From: Candidatus Calditenuaceae archaeon HR02
Lineage (GTDB): Archaea > Thermoproteota > Nitrososphaeria_A > Caldarchaeales > Calditenuaceae
Direction: 5' to 3'
NCBI GenBank assembly: GCA_002898395.1
Contig: BEHE01000011.1
Location: 34,668 to 58,667 of the forward strand
DNA: 24,000 bases
Within the stretch, counting starts at the first letter, position 1. Each line of letters starts with the position of its first letter. Below, in pieces: positions 1 to 8,958 of the stretch. The notes below the pieces were generated by a model that was not told where the DNA came from, searched no databases, and saw only the letters and a program-made list of their open reading frames with translations. The translations under genes and the position numbers were made by a program.

Positions 1-418
1 ACCCCAGTATGGGATCCTCACACCCTGCCAGGAGACTGGAAACCTCACCGCTGTCTCTACCCACAACCAACTTTACCACCCTCCTACTCTTCGATAGAGC
101 ATCATAGAACCCCTCCATGAACAAGACGTCGACGTCTGTGGCGCTGAGCAGTTTTAGGAGCCCGGCCTCGCTGTAGTCGGTCGGGGCCTTATGTATGACG
201 GCCCACTCGTTGGGCGATATTATGTAGACGGCCTGCGCCCCCGCCTCTGTGAAGCGCCAGCTGTCCTTGCCCCTAGTGTCGATGGTAAAGTCGGGGTGGT
301 GGACGTGCTTAGCGACCCCAACCCTTACACCCTCTCTCCGCAGCGAGTGGACAAGCATCTCTATCGTCCTGGTTTTCCCAGCCTTCTTCCTGCCGAAAAC
401 CGCGACTAATAACGTCAA
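1..418 (-). CDS. mobB: Molybdopterin-guanine dinucleotide biosynthesis adaptor protein MobB (partial, C-terminus runs off the window start)
   Basis: Not in the supplied ORF track because it runs off the edge. My minus-strand translation from TTG at 418 gives LTLLVAVFGRKKAGKTRTIEMLVHSLRREGVRVGVAKHVHHPDFTIDTRGKDSWRFTEAGAQAVYIISP... It has the P-loop GRKKAGKT and the KH..H.DF..D..GKDSWR block typical of MobB. It starts 13 nt after the moeA stop on the same strand. Confidence 0.7.
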   Translation of the reverse strand, partial: MTLLVAVFGRKKAGKTRTIEMLVHSLRREGVRVGVAKHVHHPDFTIDTRGKDSWRFTEAGAQAVYIISPNEWAVIHKAPTDYSEAGLLKLLSATDVDVLFMEGFYDALSKSRRVVKLVVGRDSGEVSSLLAGCEDPILG

Positions 419-431
419 GGGCCCACCTTCT

Positions 432-1661
432 TCATCGGATCAGATGGACTGGGACTACTTGACCCCTCTCAACCCCTCTCCCCTCTTCCAACATAATGAA
501 GCCATCAGTCCAGGCGATACTTCTCAGAGAGTTTGTACCCCAGCCAAACGGGTGTGCCACATAACCGTTACCAGCCTTCTCAATTCTTACAAACACGAGC
601 TGCCCCATACCCGGCCTAGCCGCCACACTATCCCCACAGGAGGCGAAGACTACAACATCCTCAGGCTCTACGAGGCCTTGAAGAATGTTAAGCAGAGGAC
701 GGCCCAAGAGGTAGAGGGCAGCCGTCATAGACACGACATGCCCTGGAAGCATCAGGATAGGCCTCGCGCCAAGCATGGCGAACCCTGACGGCTTCGCGGG
801 CATGCACCTGATTCCGTGGAAGAGAATAGAGGCGCCAGGCATAGACACTACAACCTTTGGAACTATGTCGTTTTCCCCGACCGAGCATCCGCCGAGAGTG
901 AACACCGCCTCACACTTCTGAGCCGCATCCCCCAGCTTCTCCTCTAAAGTGACGGGGTCGTCCGGCGAGACATCGATCATAGATACCTCGCCGCCCATGG
1001 CTTCGATCTTCCTGGCCGCTATGTAGGCGTAGTTTATCGCCCTGACTCCTCTTTCCTGGTATCCTTCATAGAGCTCGTCGCCAACAGCTATCAGGGCCAC
1101 CCGGCATCTCCTATAGACGGCCACCCTCTCGATACCCACCTCCATCAGCATGGCGACTTCCTCAGGCCTTATCCTTCTCCCTTTGCCCACTATTTTGTCA
1201 CCAACTCTGACCACCTCGCCCGCAGGCATTATGTTCTTACCCCTCGGAACTCTGCGGACAATCTCCACGTAGCCTCCAACCCTCCGCGCGTTTTCACGCT
1301 TAACTACGGCGTCAGCTCCATCCGGAATCCACGAGCCCGTATTGACGTATACAGCCTCGCCCCTGGACAGCCTACCCAAACCTCCACCCACCTCGCGCAA
1401 CCTCACAGGATGAGCTACCGACGCGGCCTCAAGGTCTACACTCGCGACAGAGTAGCCGTCAACCGCAGCAACCGGATAAGCCGGAACATTCACGGCAGAG
1501 TAAACGTCATCCGCGGATACGCGGCCCGCCGCATCCTCTACCTTGACCTCCTCAACACGCGGGAAGTATTCAGAGAAGGCTCCTCTAATCAGCTCCAAAG
1601 CATCTTTAAGGGAAATGAGCTTGAGAACAGTCTTCTCTTCTCCATCATCTTTTGAGATCAT
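432..1661 (-). CDS. moeA: Molybdopterin molybdenumtransferase MoeA
   Basis: 409 aa ORF with MoeA-like layout. The central MoCF-type domain has VALIAVGDEL and FTLGGCSVGENDIV. It forms an operon with mobB. A TTTAAAAAA TATA-like box lies on the minus strand at 1688-1696, about 30 nt upstream of the ATG. Confidence 0.9.
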   Translation of the reverse strand: MISKDDGEEKTVLKLISLKDALELIRGAFSEYFPRVEEVKVEDAAGRVSADDVYSAVNVPAYPVAAVDGYSVASVDLEAASVAHPVRLREVGGGLGRLSRGEAVYVNTGSWIPDGADAVVKRENARRVGGYVEIVRRVPRGKNIMPAGEVVRVGDKIVGKGRRIRPEEVAMLMEVGIERVAVYRRCRVALIAVGDELYEGYQERGVRAINYAYIAARKIEAMGGEVSMIDVSPDDPVTLEEKLGDAAQKCEAVFTLGGCSVGENDIVPKVVVSMPGASILFHGIRCMPAKPSGFAMLGARPILMLPGHVVSMTAALYLLGRPLLNILQGLVEPEDVVVFASCGDSVAARPGMGQLVFVRIEKAGNGYVAHPFGWGTNSLRSIAWTDGFIMLEEGRGVERGQVVPVHLIR

Positions 1662-1725
1662 AAGCTCATTATCGTAGGCACACCTGCTTTTTTAAACCTA
1701 TTCCACCCCTTAGGGGCCTTCGACT

Positions 1726-1731
1726 AAAAAA
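1726..1731 (-). terminator. Oligo-T tract downstream of ridA (archaeal-type terminator candidate)
   Basis: T6 run on the minus strand 54 nt after the ridA stop, preceded by the small palindrome CCCCTTAGGGG (1706-1716). Confidence 0.3.
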
Positions 1732-1784
1732 GGATGGGCTGAAGGGAGTTTGCAGCCTAGTAATTGGGCTGGCTGCTCCAGTAC

Positions 1785-2180
1785 CTAGCCCCTATATGCT
1801 ATCGCGTCTATTTCTACGAGGAACTGGTCGGAGACCATCTTGACTGAGACTGTGGTCCTGGCTGGAGGCGCCTCGGGGAAGAACTCCCTGTAGACCTCGT
1901 TCATGGCAGCGAAGTCCTCCGGCCTCGCAAGATAGACATTAACCTTCACCACGTCCTTGAGACTCGCACCAGCGGCGGCGAGTATCTCCCTAATATTTTC
2001 CAACACCCTCCTCGTCTGCGTCCGCACATCCCCACCAACCACCTTCCCAGTCGCGGGGTCTATCGCCACCTGTCCTGCCACGAAGATCCATCCGCCCGCC
2101 TTAATCGCCTGTGAGTAGGGCCCGGCCGGGCGGGGCCCCCTCTCAGTAAAGACAACCTCCCGAGTCATAGGACATCGCAC
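1785..2180 (-). CDS. ridA: RidA/YjgF/UK114-family reactive intermediate deaminase
   Basis: GPYSQAIKAGGWIFVAGQVAIDPATGKVVGGDVRTQTRRVLENIREILAAAGASLKDVVKVNVYL is classic RidA. The true start is probably ATG at 2168 (MTREVV), because a TATA-like TTTATA at 2201-2206 lies too close to the GTG at 2180. Confidence 0.88.
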   Translation of the reverse strand: MRCPMTREVVFTERGPRPAGPYSQAIKAGGWIFVAGQVAIDPATGKVVGGDVRTQTRRVLENIREILAAAGASLKDVVKVNVYLARPEDFAAMNEVYREFFPEAPPARTTVSVKMVSDQFLVEIDAIAYRG

Positions 2181-2393
2181 TATAACTACTTCATGGTCGT
2201 TATAAACTAGCCGGCGACCCCTATCACCGCCTATCCTGCAGGACAGGGTGGGAGAACAGGCTGGACTAATCGTAAGCAGCGCAGATTAGGCTTGGCAACG
2301 CCGCGTAGTGTTTAATGTAGTGATACGCGGATGCTCTCGAAGCCATGAGCCTGATTTAACATTATATGTCAGTCGTCCCGCAGACTTGCCCGC

Positions 2394-4064
2394 ATGAGGA
2401 CTGCTTGGCCGGTGCTGATCCTCGCAGCGTTGGTGATTGCGCAGATAGCCGTTGCTAACGCTGGACTGGCCACCACTCGGCTACTCTTCGGCGGTTCAGG
2501 TAGCGATGACGCCTCAGGTATAGCGGTCGACCCAAACTACATCTACCTAGTAGGTACTACGACGAGTTTCGGGCCAAATCCACCCAACCTCCTCCTCTCA
2601 ATATTCAGGCTCGATAACAGCCACAAGTGCAGCGTAGCGGTCGACCTAGGAGGCGGAGAGCAGGGATTTAAAGTGGTAGCCCGGGGCGGCTCCATCTACG
2701 CGCTGGGGCAAACTAGTCTCGGCACTGACCCCCCAAACATATTGCTAGTCAAGTTCGACACTAGCTGCAACGTCTTGGGATCGGCCGTCTACAATGTTGA
2801 TGGGGTTGATAATCCCTTCGGCCTGGCTATCAGCGACGACGGCAGCACCCTCTACATATCGGGATACTCAACCTCTGCGGCCCATCTACTCGCGGTAAGT
2901 GCCTCAACACTATCAGTATCCTGGGCGAGGCTGGTCAAAGTCTCTGGCGGAGGCGATGCCATATACTCGGTCACGTTCAGCGGCGACAAGCTATACCTCA
3001 CGGGTAGGACCGATACAAATGACCTCTTCATCTCAAGGTTCGACGCGACAACGGGGAACCACGATCTGACGAAGGTTTTCGCAACGCCTCAAGGAGAGGC
3101 GGGGCTCGACATCGCAGTCTCAGCCGGTAAAGTATACGTTGCGGGATATGCCGACGACGATGACTTTCTCTTGATGAGGCTTGATGTGGCGAGCCTTAGC
3201 GTGGATTGGTCCAAGCTAGTAAGCACGCCCTCACCCGAGAAGCTTAATGCAGTCTCGATTCTTGGAGGATTGGTCTATGCGGTGGGTGACACTAGCGTTT
3301 TCGGCACCCCCGATGCTCCGGTAATAGCTGTCAGGGCTTCGGATGGTGAGCTCTCTCATGCCTTCCTCATCGTGGAGGGTGGCTCTGCCCAGGCGGCATA
3401 TGATGCGGCAATCTCAGGGTCCTGTCTAATATTTACGGGGACCAGCGGTAATTGGCCAGTCTATTACTTTGTCTTCGATGGATTATCTGTAGGGTCTATT
3501 AGCTTCACTATATCCTCGCCAACACCCTTAATTGCGAATCCCTCTCCCGCGCCGATTAGTCACGCGGTGACAACCACTCCGTTCACGCCAAGCATCAATA
3601 CTCCCGCCTCGACCGATGCTTTCTACAGCTGGTTCTGCCCAGACACGCTAGTGGTATCCACCACTACTACCACAACCTCCCTCACCACGGCCACCCTCTC
3701 GACAACCCTAACCTCAACCATACAGACCACGGTGACGGCCTATGACATTAGGTCGACAACTATAACCCAGACCTCAGTCACGACTAGGACCGACGCCGTC
3801 ACAGCAACTCTGACCACAACGTCGACCCAGACCGAGACCCTACGCACAACCATGACCAGGACCGAGACCACCACACTATCAACAACATACACCACCGCAA
3901 CCACATTCTCGACTACAGAAACCTACAAGACAACACTCACGTCAACCCAGTACTTTGCAGAGCCGCTGTCCACCTACGCACTCCCAGCACTCCTCGCAGT
4001 CATCGCAGTCCTTCTCGGAGTCTCCTTGATAAGTAGGCGGAGAAGGAAGCTGTTGTCCTACTGA
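2394..4064 (+). CDS. Secreted or surface-anchored protein with beta-propeller (SBBP-like) repeats, a Thr-rich stalk and a C-terminal TM anchor
   Basis: Signal peptide MRTAWPVLILAALVIAQIAVANAG. Recurrent GG.G.D.A.GIAVD...IY..G.T motifs (YLVGTT, YALGQT, YISGYS, YLTGRT, YVAGYA, YAVGDT). A Thr-rich tract of about 100 aa. C-terminal helix PALLAVIAVLLGVSLI followed by RRRRK. Confidence 0.8.
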   Translation: MRTAWPVLILAALVIAQIAVANAGLATTRLLFGGSGSDDASGIAVDPNYIYLVGTTTSFGPNPPNLLLSIFRLDNSHKCSVAVDLGGGEQGFKVVARGGSIYALGQTSLGTDPPNILLVKFDTSCNVLGSAVYNVDGVDNPFGLAISDDGSTLYISGYSTSAAHLLAVSASTLSVSWARLVKVSGGGDAIYSVTFSGDKLYLTGRTDTNDLFISRFDATTGNHDLTKVFATPQGEAGLDIAVSAGKVYVAGYADDDDFLLMRLDVASLSVDWSKLVSTPSPEKLNAVSILGGLVYAVGDTSVFGTPDAPVIAVRASDGELSHAFLIVEGGSAQAAYDAAISGSCLIFTGTSGNWPVYYFVFDGLSVGSISFTISSPTPLIANPSPAPISHAVTTTPFTPSINTPASTDAFYSWFCPDTLVVSTTTTTTSLTTATLSTTLTSTIQTTVTAYDIRSTTITQTSVTTRTDAVTATLTTTSTQTETLRTTMTRTETTTLSTTYTTATTFSTTETYKTTLTSTQYFAEPLSTYALPALLAVIAVLLGVSLISRRRRKLLSY

Positions 4065-4087
4065 TGCCAAACCACTATATCTCCATG

Positions 4088-5440
4088 TCACCCCACAATT
4101 TTATTTTTCATAACGAGGTTATAGACGAGCTCTGCTATTAGCGGTGCTGAGCCTATGTATTCGTCGGCGCTTTTCGGAAGTATCTCGGAGGCTTGGAGCC
4201 CACGCGTGGCTAAGACTTCTCTAACCCGGTTCAAGTAGTCTGCGCCACCCGCGCCGAGGGCTCTAAGCTCGTCAAGCAGGTCCACACCCCTCAGCCTGGA
4301 TCTTATCTGGACGGCCTCGGCGAGGACTTCGGGGTGCCGCTCCAAGTCCCTCCTAGCCTCCCCCCTGTCAACCTCCATACGCTCGAGGTAGGTTGAGAGG
4401 TTTTTGACGCCGATTAGCAGGTGGGCTAGAGCGACCCCATAGTTCCTCTTAATCGTTGAGTCTGAGAGGTCTCGCTGGAGTCTCGAGACCAGTAGCCTGG
4501 ATGCGAGGAATGAGAGCATGTTTGAGGCTATCTCCAGGTTCCCCTCAGCGTTCTCGAGCTCGACTGGGTTGCTCTTCTGCGGCATGGTTGTGGAGCCCAC
4601 ACCGCGCGGCCTCGGATAGACTAGGCCGAGCATGGTTAGGAGCCAGAGGTCTCTGCAAAGATCCACGAGCACCATCGATGCCACTGAGAGCTCGTAGAGG
4701 AGGCGCGAGACGTCGTCATGAGGAATCACCTGCTTGGTCGCGAGCCAGTGGACGAGGCCTAGCGATTCGACAAGCCTCCTCGAGACATCCAGCGCATCAC
4801 TCCCGAAGACTTCCATCAAGCCTGCATAAGTGCCCACGGCCCCAGAGACCTTCCCAGGCAGCCGCACCTCACCAATATGCCTGAGACACGTCAAAAGCCT
4901 GTAGGCGTGTACTGCCAGCTCCTTCCCCAGAGTCGTAGGGACTGCCGGGCGCCCATGCGTCCGCGCAACGATCACCGTGAATCTCTCCCTATACGCAGTC
5001 TCAACTAGGTCTTGCAGGAGCTTCTCGAGGGCTGGTGTTATGACCGTTGAGATTGCATCCCTCAGCGCCAGGGAGTGGGCTAGATTATTCACGTCCTCCG
5101 AGGTGAGGCCGATGTGTACTAAATGCCCAACCTCTCCGAGGCCCTCCTCATCAAGCCTTTTCCTCAGAAATCTGACCACCGCCTCCACGTCATGCCTCGT
5201 CTCAGCCTCGATAGCCTTTACAGCCTCGACACCACTTTCGTTAAACCTAGAGACTATCTCGTCGAGCCTTGCTGAGAGCCTCTCGAGCAGGCGGGGTGCA
5301 AACCTCTCAGCGACCAGCTTCAGATACTCTGACTCGACCCGGAGCCTGTACCTAATCAGGGCCTCCTCAGAGAAGTATGACTGGAGCTCGGAGACAAGCG
5401 GCCCGTAGCGGCCGTCGACAGGAGATATCGCCCCTCTCAC
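4088..5440 (-). CDS. purB: Adenylosuccinate lyase
   Basis: N-terminal ISPVDGRY, fumarate-lyase signature GSTTMPQKSNP, and a 450 aa length typical of PurB. Confidence 0.92.
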   Translation of the reverse strand: MRGAISPVDGRYGPLVSELQSYFSEEALIRYRLRVESEYLKLVAERFAPRLLERLSARLDEIVSRFNESGVEAVKAIEAETRHDVEAVVRFLRKRLDEEGLGEVGHLVHIGLTSEDVNNLAHSLALRDAISTVITPALEKLLQDLVETAYRERFTVIVARTHGRPAVPTTLGKELAVHAYRLLTCLRHIGEVRLPGKVSGAVGTYAGLMEVFGSDALDVSRRLVESLGLVHWLATKQVIPHDDVSRLLYELSVASMVLVDLCRDLWLLTMLGLVYPRPRGVGSTTMPQKSNPVELENAEGNLEIASNMLSFLASRLLVSRLQRDLSDSTIKRNYGVALAHLLIGVKNLSTYLERMEVDRGEARRDLERHPEVLAEAVQIRSRLRGVDLLDELRALGAGGADYLNRVREVLATRGLQASEILPKSADEYIGSAPLIAELVYNLVMKNKIVG

Positions 5441-5526
5441 ATAGCTTAGCTCTTGGTCGGAAGTTTAATCCCTTTTCCACATCTCTGCGGGAAGAGTAGA
5501 TTAAGCCGACTTAACCACTAATCACT

Positions 5527-6102
5527 GTGTTAACCCCCCTCGAGAAGGCCCTCCTAGAGGGCGAGCTTGGAGGACAGGCAAGGTGGAGGGTGGAGTATCT
5601 TTTCGTAGAGGATTCGGGGGAGGATGGATCGATAATTCTCACCCTTTCAGAAGGTGTTGGGGAGGGCTGTGAGAGGCTACACATGGTTAGTTGCTATCTT
5701 GGCAGGCTTCCCCTCAGGGCCGGATCTGTGGGCGGCGCCGTCGTCAGGCAGCACAGCGGCTCCGACACCCTCAGCCTGATACTGTTTGAGGTCAACAGGG
5801 CCCTGGTCGATGGGGGGGCACTAGTCCTCTCGGCCAAAGTCGACGACCCGTCACGGCTGCTGGTTAAGCACGGGTTCGCCCTCGTCTCAGAGCATAGGCC
5901 AGGGGGTGGGGAGGGCTTCTCCGTGACACTCTCGAGGAAGGCTTGGAGAAAATATCTGGGCGACGCATGTCCAAGGTGTGGCAGCACCCACATACTCCCA
6001 TTAATTCCCCCCGACGCAAACGTCAGGAAGGTCTGGACACTATATTGCTCCTCTTGCTCCTACAACTGGAGCGTCGAGGAGCCGATAACCGAGTGGATTT
6101 AG
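5527..6102 (+). CDS. Hypothetical protein with a degenerate methyltransferase-like core and a C-terminal zinc ribbon
   Basis: GTG start. LILFEVNRALVDGGALVLS resembles the post-motif-III segment of class I methyltransferases, but no GxGxG SAM loop is visible. The C-terminus has CPRCGS...CSSCS (CxxC-N24-CxxC). Confidence 0.5.
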   Translation: MLTPLEKALLEGELGGQARWRVEYLFVEDSGEDGSIILTLSEGVGEGCERLHMVSCYLGRLPLRAGSVGGAVVRQHSGSDTLSLILFEVNRALVDGGALVLSAKVDDPSRLLVKHGFALVSEHRPGGGEGFSVTLSRKAWRKYLGDACPRCGSTHILPLIPPDANVRKVWTLYCSSCSYNWSVEEPITEWI

Positions 6103-6652
6103 CCGGAAGATATAGAAGCCCTTCCGATTGGTCCCCAAGGGCCAGGCACATTCCCTTGTAATGGAGTAGAGCGACGTAGGCGCAGGTAGCGGCGTCAACC
6201 ATGTCTAGGCTTGGAGAGCGGGGGAGCCTAAGCCCAAGCCTCCTCAGTCCAGATGCGATGGGCGCCGCTTTTCTCTGCCCACTCCTCCAGATGCAGAGAA
6301 TCCTCTGAGCACCGCTCGGAAAAGTCTCAATTACCTTGAACCCCATCTCTCTAAGGAGCGCTGCAAGCCTCATACCCCTCTCGGCCAACAGCCTCATAGA
6401 CAGGAGGGAGACCGGGAAGATCCTAATCCCCAACCTCCTAACTTCCCTATCGCAGAGCCTGTAGCCGCGGCCCCAGGCCCCTGAAGGGTAGGATAGTGGT
6501 GCGTCGATGGCCACGCAGAGAGGAGAGTAGGCCTGGGCCAGCCCAGCTATCTCCTCGTCGAGCCGCGCCTCATAGAAGCCCGTAGAACCTTCTGTCGATA
6601 GGATGCAGATTGATGTGGGCCGCCGCGGAGTGGCCGTCAAGTCCACACCCAT
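6023..6652 (-). CDS. DUF429-like predicted RNase H-fold nuclease
   Basis: MGVDLTATPRRPTSICIL...VAIDAPLSYP...YRLCDREVRRLGIRIFP...VIETFPSG...DMVDAATCAYVA matches the DUF429/COG2410 pattern as I remember it. The ORF-track version starts at 6796, but that 48 aa extension is Gly/Cys-rich and implausible, so I prefer ATG 6652 (6676 is also possible). The 3' end overlaps the convergent 5527..6102 gene by 80 nt. Confidence 0.55.
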   Translation of the reverse strand: MGVDLTATPRRPTSICILSTEGSTGFYEARLDEEIAGLAQAYSPLCVAIDAPLSYPSGAWGRGYRLCDREVRRLGIRIFPVSLLSMRLLAERGMRLAALLREMGFKVIETFPSGAQRILCIWRSGQRKAAPIASGLRRLGLRLPRSPSLDMVDAATCAYVALLHYKGMCLALGDQSEGLLYLPAKSTRLSAPRRSSCRSKRSNIVSRPS

Positions 6653-6855
6653 GAAACATTCACAGCCAGGGCGCATGAACAACCATCCACTCCTCGAGCA
6701 CAACCCAGCCACGCAAGAACCAGCACCCAATCCGCTAAGAGCGGCCACGCCGCCTCTTTTATTCTCCCCGCCAACACGGCATAGACCAGTCAACACCAGT
6801 TTGTTGCGGCATCCACAACCCCCTAAAGCCTACACCCCCACGGGCTTAGGGCGGC

Positions 6856-7488
6856 GTGTTGAGAGCCTTGGAAACGGGTAGTAACGAAAGAATTATTAGC
6901 AGAATGGGCAGCAACGTAGCTGTGCCCCCGCTTTCCACTCTCTCAGCCTTCTTCTCCAGTAGGAGTGTGAGGGTAAACGCCCTCCTCGGTGGCCTATCCT
7001 TCACGATTCTATATGTTTTCGCTGTGGGAATTGTCTACTGGTCCCCCACGCCGCTGCCAAATTATATCAACACACCGGCCACCGAGATCGTAATCTCTCA
7101 AAACATTCTAGCATCAGGTGTTTTAATCTACCTTGACGGGGGCTTGGTCATCTCCCTCACCATCGAACCACTCCTAGTTACCTCCATCCTATCACTACTA
7201 TTCTCTCTAAACATAGCTCTACTCACGCACTACTCTAAGGCAATAGGCCACAGATGTGCTGCGAGACGCTACACCCCCCTACTCTCCATATTCCCATCAC
7301 TCTTCACATCCTACAGCTGCTGCGGACCTGGACTCATCCCCCTGATCCTCAGCGCGGTGGGATTTGGTGCAGGCTTAGTGATCCTGCTGAGAGCCCTGAC
7401 ATATCTTACAGCGGCCGTATCGGCGCTTCTATTAGCGGTGAGCGCACTATTGATGTATAGGCAGGCGAGGCATGCTGCGTCGACCTAA
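6856..7488 (+). CDS. Polytopic membrane protein with an intramembrane vicinal-cysteine CCGP motif
   Basis: It has 4-5 hydrophobic segments. SYSCCGPGLIPLILSAVGFGAGL (Cys codons at 7318-7323) recalls the MerT/MerC-type CC..P transmembrane motif. The likely start is ATG 6904 (MGSNVAV). The stop overlaps the start of the next gene by 17 nt. Confidence 0.6.
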   Translation: MLRALETGSNERIISRMGSNVAVPPLSTLSAFFSSRSVRVNALLGGLSFTILYVFAVGIVYWSPTPLPNYINTPATEIVISQNILASGVLIYLDGGLVISLTIEPLLVTSILSLLFSLNIALLTHYSKAIGHRCAARRYTPLLSIFPSLFTSYSCCGPGLIPLILSAVGFGAGLVILLRALTYLTAAVSALLLAVSALLMYRQARHAAST

Positions 7489-8152
7489 GATCAGGAAGAG
7501 GAGCTTAGCGGTTACGCTCTCGGTCATAACCCTTGTTACTGTTGCCGCGATGCTTCTCTATTTCGCGGCCCCGTGGAAGAGTGGGGTGTCAAGCGGTGGG
7601 TATGAGGGTTTGAGGCGGCCCTGGTACAATGGGGGTAAGCTCTCTCCCTACGTGGGGGACTTGGCGCCTGATTTTGAAGCCATGACCATAGATGGCTTAT
7701 CTGTTAGGCTCTCAGAGCTACGGGGTAGGCCCGTCATTGTGTGGTTTATGGCTGCCTGGTGTCCGAGCTGCACCGTTGTGGGAGAGGCTATCAGGGATGT
7801 GGCCAGTGGTAAGGCAGAGGTAGTGGTGATCGATGTCTGGACACCCAAGTTTATCTCGAAGCTTGGGCTTATGGGAGGAGACCTAGTTCCACCCCCAGAG
7901 GGTGAGGTGGAGCTTAGAACATTCGTCCAGAGGCTAGGAGCTAGGGATTGGCTACTTATACTTGACAGCGACTCCTCGCTCAGCGGACAATACGCCCTGA
8001 CACGCGTAGACACACTCTTCGTTATAAGCCGCGAAGGCATAATAGTATTGAGAAGCGACGGCCCTACCACCCGGTCGATACTTGAGGCCGCACTGAAGGA
8101 AGCTGAGGCTAGACAGTCAACCCAGAACTGTCCAATCTGCCCCGGATACTGA
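7472..8152 (+). CDS. Membrane-anchored thioredoxin-fold protein (TlpA/ResA/redoxin-like)
   Basis: N-terminal anchor LAVTLSVITLVTVAAMLLYF. APDFEA..IDG..V.LSELRGRPVIVWFMAAWCPSC with the CxxC at 7757-7771. An additional C-terminal CPICPGY. Confidence 0.8.
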   Translation: MLRRPKIRKRSLAVTLSVITLVTVAAMLLYFAAPWKSGVSSGGYEGLRRPWYNGGKLSPYVGDLAPDFEAMTIDGLSVRLSELRGRPVIVWFMAAWCPSCTVVGEAIRDVASGKAEVVVIDVWTPKFISKLGLMGGDLVPPPEGEVELRTFVQRLGARDWLLILDSDSSLSGQYALTRVDTLFVISREGIIVLRSDGPTTRSILEAALKEAEARQSTQNCPICPGY

Positions 8153-8184
8153 TTAGCGCTATACCACCTCCCCGATAGTTGAGC

Positions 8185-8958
8185 CTAGAGTTCACTCAAG
8201 ACCCTCTTGATCCACTCTGCGGTAGCGGAGATTACCCTACCCTCGGTCTCGTATCCAGTGAAGGTGTGGTCAGCATCTTCTAAGACAATCTTCTCCCGCG
8301 GCTCACCCGCCGCGCCGTAAATAATGTCCGCGTGCTCAGGGGGGACGAGCGAGTCCTTGGCCCCGTGGACAACCAACAGTGGTCGCGGCGAGATCTTAGC
8401 CACCGCTTCAGCCAAGTCGTAATTCAGGAGCTCCTGAAACATCTTGACGCTCACGCGGAACCCAGACGGCAGGTCCAGATATTCTCCCACCAACCTGCCT
8501 GGCGCGATTATCTCCTCTGCGTGTCGTGAGAGGAGCATGAAGTTGCCTGGCGCGGACCAAGTGCAGACAAACCTAATCCTGGGATCGCGGGAGGCCCTGA
8601 CTATCGAGACCGCACCACCCATACTCAAGCCCAGCACACCGATCCTTCCATGATCAACGTCAGGCCTCTCGGAGACGTAGTCCAGCATGCTGCCGAGGTC
8701 CTCAACCTCACTAGTAAAAGTCGCCTCGCTAAACTCACCCTCACTCTCGCCGGAACCATAGAAGTCGAAGCGCACCACGAGAAGCCCCCTTCTACAGAGC
8801 TCTCGGGCGGCTCGGACAAAGAGGCGATGAGCCTCAATCCTGTTGCCAGTGAATCCATGACACATAACGAGGACAGGCGCCGGAGACTGGCTGGGAACAT
8901 GGACCATGCATGCGAGCCTACCTCGAGGCCCTGCCACCCAAACAAACTCTTCCCGCAC
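8185..8958 (-). CDS. Alpha/beta-fold hydrolase (esterase or dienelactone-hydrolase-like)
   Basis: HGFTG oxyanion region, nucleophile elbow GLSMGG, and later VHGAKD and DADH, consistent with a Ser-Asp-His triad. GTG start with a TATAAA box about 25 nt upstream. Confidence 0.85.
   Translation of the reverse strand: MREEFVWVAGPRGRLACMVHVPSQSPAPVLVMCHGFTGNRIEAHRLFVRAARELCRRGLLVVRFDFYGSGESEGEFSEATFTSEVEDLGSMLDYVSERPDVDHGRIGVLGLSMGGAVSIVRASRDPRIRFVCTWSAPGNFMLLSRHAEEIIAPGRLVGEYLDLPSGFRVSVKMFQELLNYDLAEAVAKISPRPLLVVHGAKDSLVPPEHADIIYGAAGEPREKIVLEDADHTFTGYETEGRVISATAEWIKRVLSEL

Noticed and set aside
191-788. Plus-strand ORFs 191..409 and 249..788
   Set aside because: They are antisense to the well-supported mobB and moeA genes and have low-complexity Pro/Ser/Thr-rich products. 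These are typical shadow ORFs of GC-rich coding DNA.
2317-2354. C/D-box-like strings (GTGATAC ... ATGAGC CTGA) upstream of the surface-protein gene
   Set aside because: The C box is imperfect, the D box directly abuts the putative C' box, and the total length is too short for an archaeal C/D sRNA.
3650-3960. Highly repetitive ACC/ACA/ACG-rich DNA that superficially looks like a tandem repeat array
   Set aside because: It is in frame within ORF 2394..4064 and encodes the Thr-rich stalk. There is no fixed repeat unit or spacer structure, so it is not a CRISPR array or a satellite.
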